This document shows positions 56,894 to 64,000 of a stretch of 64,000 bases of DNA, piece after piece. Source of the stretch: Salpingoeca rosetta (Eukaryota; Protista; Choanoflagellata); the NCBI GenBank assembly GCA_033442325.1, contig JAWQFM010000009.1, positions 613,597-677,596 on the forward strand, read 5' to 3'. The translations under genes and the position numbers were made by a program. Below the pieces are notes generated by a model. The model made no database searches and was not told the DNA's origin. It saw nothing but the letters and a program-made list of their open reading frames with translations. The number at the start of each line of letters is the position of its first letter. Position 1 is the stretch's first letter.

Positions 56894-59800
56894 TCACATC
56901 CACTTTGCCATCATATCGTCTTGGTCAAGCTTCTTGCGGTACTTGGCCACCATGTCATCAAACGCCACCTCCTTGGCTTTCTCCTGCAAAAACCAGCACA
57001 CCGTCCGCAGGCGATGTTGGCACGCGTGAATTTGGCATATAGGGGAACGCGCATGGGCACACCGAGTGCACAGGAGGCCCAACCCACGCACACACACACA
57101 AAGACATGCACATGCACTTATGCGCAAACACACCCACATGCACATACACACGCACCGCCTTCTTTGCTGCGCGTCGGGGCTTGGACCGTCCATCCGTGTT
57201 TCCGCTCGTGTCGACGGTCGCTGCAATTGCGTCAAGCTCGTCCATGCGCCTGTGGCGACGCGGTTTCTGCTCGCCCGAACCCTTCTTCTTGCTCTCCTTC
57301 TTGCTCTCCTTCTTGCTCTTCTTTGCCTTCTTCGCTGCATTCTCACCATCATCACCGCCATCACCGCCAGTGCTCTCATCCCCCTTGCCCCTCTTCTTGT
57401 CCTTCCTGTCCTTCCTGTCCTTCTTGTCCTTGTTCCTCTTGTTCTTCCCTGCCTTGATGACGGGCTGCTGCGTCTCCTTCTCCTCGCCCTCCTCGCCAAT
57501 CACCAGCCGGTCGTCGTTCAGCAGCGCCGCTTTCTTCAGCTGCTCTTGTCGCGACTGTAAGGCCGCACCAGCGAGAGGCGAAAAGCGGGTAAGTAAAGTG
57601 ATTGACCAGAATACAGCGCGATCAAACGAATACAACAGCAGCTAACTGTCGCTACCGTGTGCTTGTGGAGTGTGATATCACACAAAACACATCAAACCAC
57701 ACAAATACACACACGCAGCAAACCCACAAATACACACACACACACACACACACATACACACACACACACACGAACCTTGATTCGCTGCATCTTCTCCTTG
57801 AGGGCGCGCAGGACGAGGGCGTTCTCCCATGCAAACTGCACAATGGGCCGCCGCTGCTTCGTAAACACGCTCGGGCTGTTGTTCAGTTTCCGCAACGCTT
57901 CAAGCGCAGCCTGCACCAATCCGACACCAATCCGATAAAGAGCAAGAAGAGAATGGGTTTGAAAAAACGACAAACGCGCGAGAGCATGCAGTCAACGCAG
58001 TCGGATCAAATTGTCTTTCCAACAACAAAAGTCGGAGGGACAGTGAACCCCACTAACAACAACACAGCACAACTGCACATGCCCAACTGTACATGCACAC
58101 CAGCACCAGGACATGTCCAACTGCAATCGCACCTCGTGCTTGCCAAACTCAATGAAACCAAACCCGCGGGAGCGCGGCTTGCCGTCCGGGCCCGGCCGCT
58201 CCTCGTCCCGGACAATCTTCACCTAGTGGTGGTGGTGATGGTGGTGGTGGTGGTGGTGTGAAGGGAAGGGGGGTGCAGTTTGATAGTGGCGATGAGAAGC
58301 AACCCTTTTCCACGTAATTAATACCGCATGGCACGTCGCACACATGTGATGCGAACATGTCCTGCGGGGGGGGGGGGGGGAAGGAGTTGTCAGTGTTGAT
58401 GCGCTGACGCTTGCCTCACCTGTGTGATCTTGACTTTGCCGATTGTGTTGCGCACAATCTGCTTCAGCTGCTTCTCGTCCACGGTGAGCGGAATGTTGTG
58501 GATGGTCAGGCGCGTCTGCGAACCGAATGCACATGGTGCATGACGGGAAGCGGTGTGGTGGACATGTGAGGTGACTGAGAACAAGGAGAAGGCGGTGTGT
58601 TGGCAGGCAGCCCCAGTGACGGCGAAAACGTTACAGCTACGCAGTGTAGAAATGCGAGGAGTAAATGCGCAAGTGCAAGATCGTGTGTCCCGCTCACACA
58701 TGCACAACAAGTACAGGCACACATGTGCTGCACCTTGCTGATTGCCATGTTTGGGTTCTTTGCCTTCTCCTTCCCCTCCAGCTCCAGCCGCTGCCGCCGC
58801 TGCTTGTCCGCGTCTGACAAGCTCGCATACGCCGGGTGGTCCGTCGGAATCGCGCCTGCACAAACCCGCGTGGAGTAACAGGGGTAAGTGTGTGTGTGTG
58901 TGTGTGTGTGTGCGTGTGTGTGTGTGTGTACGTGTGTGTACACAATAATTGCATCCTGTGACAGCAGCGAGCGACCACAATCATGAGCAATTAGCACCCC
59001 CCCAACACACCTTCCCGCAGGAGGTAGAGGTTTCGCCGGTCAACCTTTGGCTTTTCCTTCCGCTCCTTCTGCCGCTCCTCAACCTGAACGCAGACAACAG
59101 TAGTGTGTGTGTGTGTGTGTGTGTGCGGTCATGTGTGAGAAAGGAAGAGTGGTGTGCCTGTAAACGTGTGCAAGCTTTGCTGGTGTGGCGAGAGGAGGGG
59201 AGGAGGACATTGGGAGCTGCAAATATGTGTGTGCATGACATGACGCACGTCTCGCTTTGGAAGTGCGCGAGAGACGGCGAGCTGCCGCGTGTCCAACATC
59301 AACGGCGCCTGAAATCAAGAACATAACAGACAGTCGACAGAGGACATAAATCACACGTGAGCGTGTGTATGAGTGTGTGCGTGTGTGTGTGTGTGAAGCT
59401 TGTACGTGATGGCATGTGCAAACGCATGCTCCGCTGATGAAAAGCGCACGAGCGCCAATATGCCAAAGAAAGCAACACCCACGTCTGGATTGCTGGCTGC
59501 CTCCAAGCACGCATCTGCTTCTTCCTTCGAGCTGAAGCGGACAAACGCAGTACCGCGCGGCCTGTCCACACAACACACACACACATGCACACACACATCA
59601 CACACACACACATGCACACATGTGAGCACGTGGCATTGCACGATGGGGTGGAGAGGGCACGGGTTGTGAGAGTTGAATCGTTTGTTTGCAAGCAGTGCTG
59701 CACACGGTCTCGTTTGCGTACAAATCTGTTTGCTTGTCCTTGACGAGGAGGGCGTATTTCACGGTACCAAACTGGGACATGAGCTCCTTCAGGTCATCGT

Positions 59801-60184
59801 GCGTCGAATCAAGCGACATGTCCCTGCAACGATGGCAGTCACGATGGCGGTTGTCGCGATGACACGCGTGAGCTGCTGGGTCGTTGGTGGCGCCAAGCCC
59901 ACAATCCACACACACAGACACACACCAAAGAGAAGAGGCACGCAAGCGCACGAATTTAAATATGCACAGCCATGCATTCAAGTGCACAGTTGTTGCATGC
60001 ACAATGGATGGCATGTGCTCTTGCACATGTCCGCATGTCTGACCTGACAAAGACGGTGTGCCCCTCTGTCGCATCGGCAACGCGTGTCTCATTACGCGAC
60101 TTTGCCCGGTCAATCGTCAGCCGCTGGTTGCCCACGGACAGACCCTGATATGTGCGTGTGTGTGTGTGTGGGGGGGATGGTGTG

Positions 60185-60245
<61 letters not shown>

Positions 60246-63200
60246 GGTGTGTGTGTGTGTGTGTGTGTGTGTGGGGTGGTGTGTGTGTGTGTGTGTGTGT
60301 ACGAATGTCGATGAGAGTGTGACAAGGGTCAACGACGAAGAAAGCAAAAGTCGATACGCCAGTGCAATGAATACGCAAAGCGCGCACACCTCTGTCTGTG
60401 CCTTTTCGAGACAGGCATCTGCAGCCTCCTTTGTCTTGAACTTGACAAACCCACGCCCGCGGGACCTAGTGCCATGTAAGCGGACAAGAGGAGAGCGTGC
60501 ATGAGTGAGAGAGAGTGTGTGTGTGAGTGTATGTATGTGTGTTTGGGTGGATGAGCGAGTGCGCGTGTGAGCACACCTACCGACACCGCTTCCACCACAG
60601 GTGCGAATGCGCGACAACGGCGGCAACAGCCCATTCTCCCCTCTGCATCTCCTCTTCTCCTTCCACTCCCCACACTAATCACTTTCGTGGTGCGCACTGA
60701 AAGGCGTGCGAGGACTCACTCTCCGGATTCGTGGTCGCGGAGGATGCGGCAGTAGACGGTTTCGCCAAACGCGTGGAACAGCTTTACCATGCGCGGCGTC
60801 TTGACGCTCGTCGGAATGTGGCTGCACGCCCCCATGTTGGTGTGGTGGTCAATGGGTTGGTGGGGGTGGTCAATGGGTTGGTGGTTCATGAGTGGGTTGA
60901 AGGCAGGATGTGGCGTCGGCAATGCACGGGGAAAGGGTGGGATGACGACAGAAAGTGCTCGCCTTTGGTAGAAACGAACAGAAGCAGGAGACTACTCAAA
61001 CACGGCGGTATCACAACCACAACCACAACCACAACCACAACCACAACCACATTTGTTACAGCAGAACTCCAGTTTGACTTACTCGACAAACAGCGTGCGG
61101 CCATCTGCCACGCCGTAACCATCATCCTCATCCTCATCCTCATCGTCCTCGTCATCATCCTCGTCCATTTCGTCGTCATCATCGCCACTATCGCTCTCCT
61201 CATCATCATCATCATCATCAACATCAGCATCAGCGTTGTCGTCGTCGCTGACATCCGCCTCCTCCTCCTCCTTCATAGCCATCTGTGCACTCCGCTCCTG
61301 CTTCTTCTTCTCGTACTCCTTCTTGTTCAGCGCAAAGTCAACAGCAATCGCCCGACCTGCGTGCATGTGTGCGTGTGTTAAGAGTGAGGCAAATCACTCG
61401 CTCAAAGTCAAAGCGCTCGAAAGGAAGGTATGCCCGCCCCACCCCACTCATCAACCCCTCCAGCTCCTCCAGCTCCTCCAGCTCCTCCTTTTCCTCTGCT
61501 GCGGCTGGGTCGCACCGTTGAGTGTGCGGCCGTTGACTTGCTTTACGGCCTTCTTCACCACCAGCGGGTTCGACAGCATCACAAACCCAAAACCTGTGAC
61601 ACGCACGTCCACACAACACATGCACACAGACAGGGGGATCTTTGTGACATCATGCTTCATCAACAGACCGGCGTACACACACACGTACATAAAGACGACA
61701 CACGCACGCACACGCACAGAAACAACACACACAAAGACGACACACACACACACACAGATCCACAGCAGCACAACCGACCCTTTGAACGGCCCTTGTCGTC
61801 CTTGACAATCTTTGTCTCTGCCAGCTTGCCAAAGCGGCTAAAAATGCGTTGCAGGTCATCCTATGCACGTGTGTGTGTATGTGTGTGTGTGGTGTCTTCC
61901 GTGAGCGTTTCCAGAGCAGACAAGCACAATGTCAAGCGCGTCGCGCTGCACACATACACACGCACATACACACGCACACGCACACGCGCGAACATAATCA
62001 CACATACACCACCCATGCACACGCACACACGCACACGCACACACGCACACATACACACGCACACATACACACGCACACGCACACCACACACCACCACCGC
62101 AACGGTTAAGGCACCTCTGTTGTTGAAAAGTCGAGGTTGCGGACAATGAGGCGTGCGTCCTTCTTCGTCGCTTCGGGAATCTCCGCCTTCTGCTTGGACT
62201 TGAGGCGAACAGAGATGGTGCTGCCGTGCAGCTCGTGCTGGTCCAGACGCAGAACAATGTTGCGCATGAACTTGGTGGTCGCGTCAGTCGTGTTGGTGAA
62301 TGTCACGTGCGCGGTGGTTTTGTCCACCATGGTGATCCCCTTGACTGTTCCATACTTGCGCATCTTCTGGAACAGCTTCTTCTTGTTTGTCTGTCGCGAT
62401 AAGTTCTTAATGACAATGGTGCGCCTGTCTGCCTCTCGCTGCTCAAATGCCGCCTTCTCCTCAGCTGTCATTTCCCGCGGGACAGCCTGTGGCGTTGAGA
62501 AGAGCAAGGATGCGTGCACACGTGATTGTTTCGTCATGTGTGTGTGTGTGTTTCGTCATGTGTGTATGTGTGTTTTCTGCGTGAGCAGGAAAGAACAGAG
62601 ACGCACGGCCAGCACGCACAGCCACACAGACGTAGCCAAGCACATACACGTGAGCGAACATGCGATTGGCACAACAGCCCACCTTTTCTTTCTTCTGCTG
62701 CTTCTCCTTTTTGTCCTTCTTCCCCTTCTTGTCTTTCTTTGTTGCCTTGGTGTCCTCTGCGTGCACTTGCGAGTGCGCCTGAAGTTCCGGCTCATCGCCC
62801 ACCTCTTCCTCCTCCTTGATGTCTTCCTCTTCCTTGATGGCAACGACAGATCTGCGTGGAAGCATCGCCTTTTCATCCTCATCCAGCTCATAGTCATCAT
62901 CGTCATCGTCACCGTCGTCGTCATTGTCGTCTTCGCTCTCTTCCTCCTCTTCCTTGGCCTGTTGGTGCTCTTCCTGTTGTTGAACCTCCTTTGCCATTGG
63001 CTCTGCTTCCTCGTACTTCATCTCCTGCATCTCCTGCTCCTGTTTGGGCCGCGGCGCAGGCGCGGGCTGTGTCGAGGGAACAATCCGTGGTGAGTGCAAA
63101 AGACGATGACGCGCCTCTCAGCTGTAACACAAGGGAAACACGCAGGAAACAGCGGCAAACACATTCAACACAGAAACCAGGCGTGCGCAGCGGAGACAGG

Positions 63201-63698
63201 GAAGCTGCGCACTTACGCCTTGAGCGCCTTTGCGGCGGGCAAACTGGACAGACATGGGTCGGCCGTGCAGCTTGTGGCCGTCGAGCTGCTTCTGTGCTTC
63301 CATCGCATCCTCGCGCATGCCAAACAACACATACCTACAAGCACGCAAGGAAAAAGCCGGTGTGGGTTGTATGTTGTATGTATCCACAGCGTAACGCCAT
63401 TCACGCAGGTACAAGCGATTGTGAGTTGGAGCAACTGTAAATTTGGGCGCGTGCACACAGCTTCGCTTCACACTATAATCGTTCCAGAAACACTCCCCAC
63501 GCACGCGCGCACACACGCACACACGCACACACACACACACGCACACACACACGCACACAGCAAGTGGCGGCTGGTGCTGGTGACCCATCAATATCGTACC
63601 CGAATCCACGGCTTCCGCCTTGCGGTGTCTTGACGATGAAACATTGCCGGACGGGCCCAATGTCGCTGAACACATTCTCCAAGTCCTCAGCCGTCACC
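56894..63698 (-). CDS. RBM28: RBM28/Nop4 nucleolar multi-RRM protein, 5' partial (first exon not identified in window)
   Basis: FSDIGPVRQCF..SRGFG, ARLIVRNL, GRAIAVDFAL.K.EY, acidic tract, DRRNLYLLREG, NPNM.ISKTRLTIHNIP, SRGFGFIEF..HE.AL.ALRKLNN, RPIVQFA.EN, FD.MV.KY. Confidence 0.93.
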
Positions 63699-63753
63699 CT
63701 GGCGTTGCGTGGAGCACACATGACATGAAACAAGACGCGCACGTGAGAGCACA

Positions 63754-63842
<89 letters not shown>

Positions 63843-64000
63843 TGAGTGAGTGAGTGAGTGAGTGAGTGAGTGAGTGAGTGAGGGGGGGGGGGGAGAGAGA
63901 TCACGTCACAAGTGCCAGTCTGGAACGGCACTGCTAGCAAACAGCTGCGGGTGCGCCCACGCACACGCGCCACCTGAGCGAGCAACAGGCGGAGCTCAAC

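Overview
Intron-rich, gene-dense eukaryotic DNA with (GT)n/(CA)n microsatellites in almost every intron. Gene content (ERM, CEP162, nocturnin, TBRG1) and intron style suggest a choanoflagellate, probably Salpingoeca rosetta (inference). Most ORF-track entries are repeat artefacts (CVCV/HTHT), so genes were rebuilt by splicing GT-AG exons by hand; all family calls are motif comparisons from memory, not database searches. Left to right: intron-containing Mutator-like (MULE) DDE transposase (-, 3' end off-window) with a candidate terminal repeat ending at 4540; TPP1/Tpz1/Est3-like shelterin OB-fold protein (+); PIG-W/GWT1 (-); TBRG1-like FYRN/FYRC protein (+); medium-chain acyl-CoA dehydrogenase (+); CEP162-like (-); a divergent WTAP/Mum2/FIP37-like m6A-writer subunit split into 7 exons (-); BCKDHB (+); CTP synthase (-); ERM/moesin (+); MED14 (-); CNNM/DUF21-CBS transporter (-); nocturnin-like EEP phosphatase (+); RBM28/Nop4 with six RRMs (-, 5' partial). 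There are two 100-N assembly gaps. Most notable: the hidden TPP1-like and WTAP-like genes, the intron-bearing MULE abutting the TPP1 start, and a strand-polarised GU-at-5'/CA-at-3' repeat arrangement in introns that may act as a splicing code.
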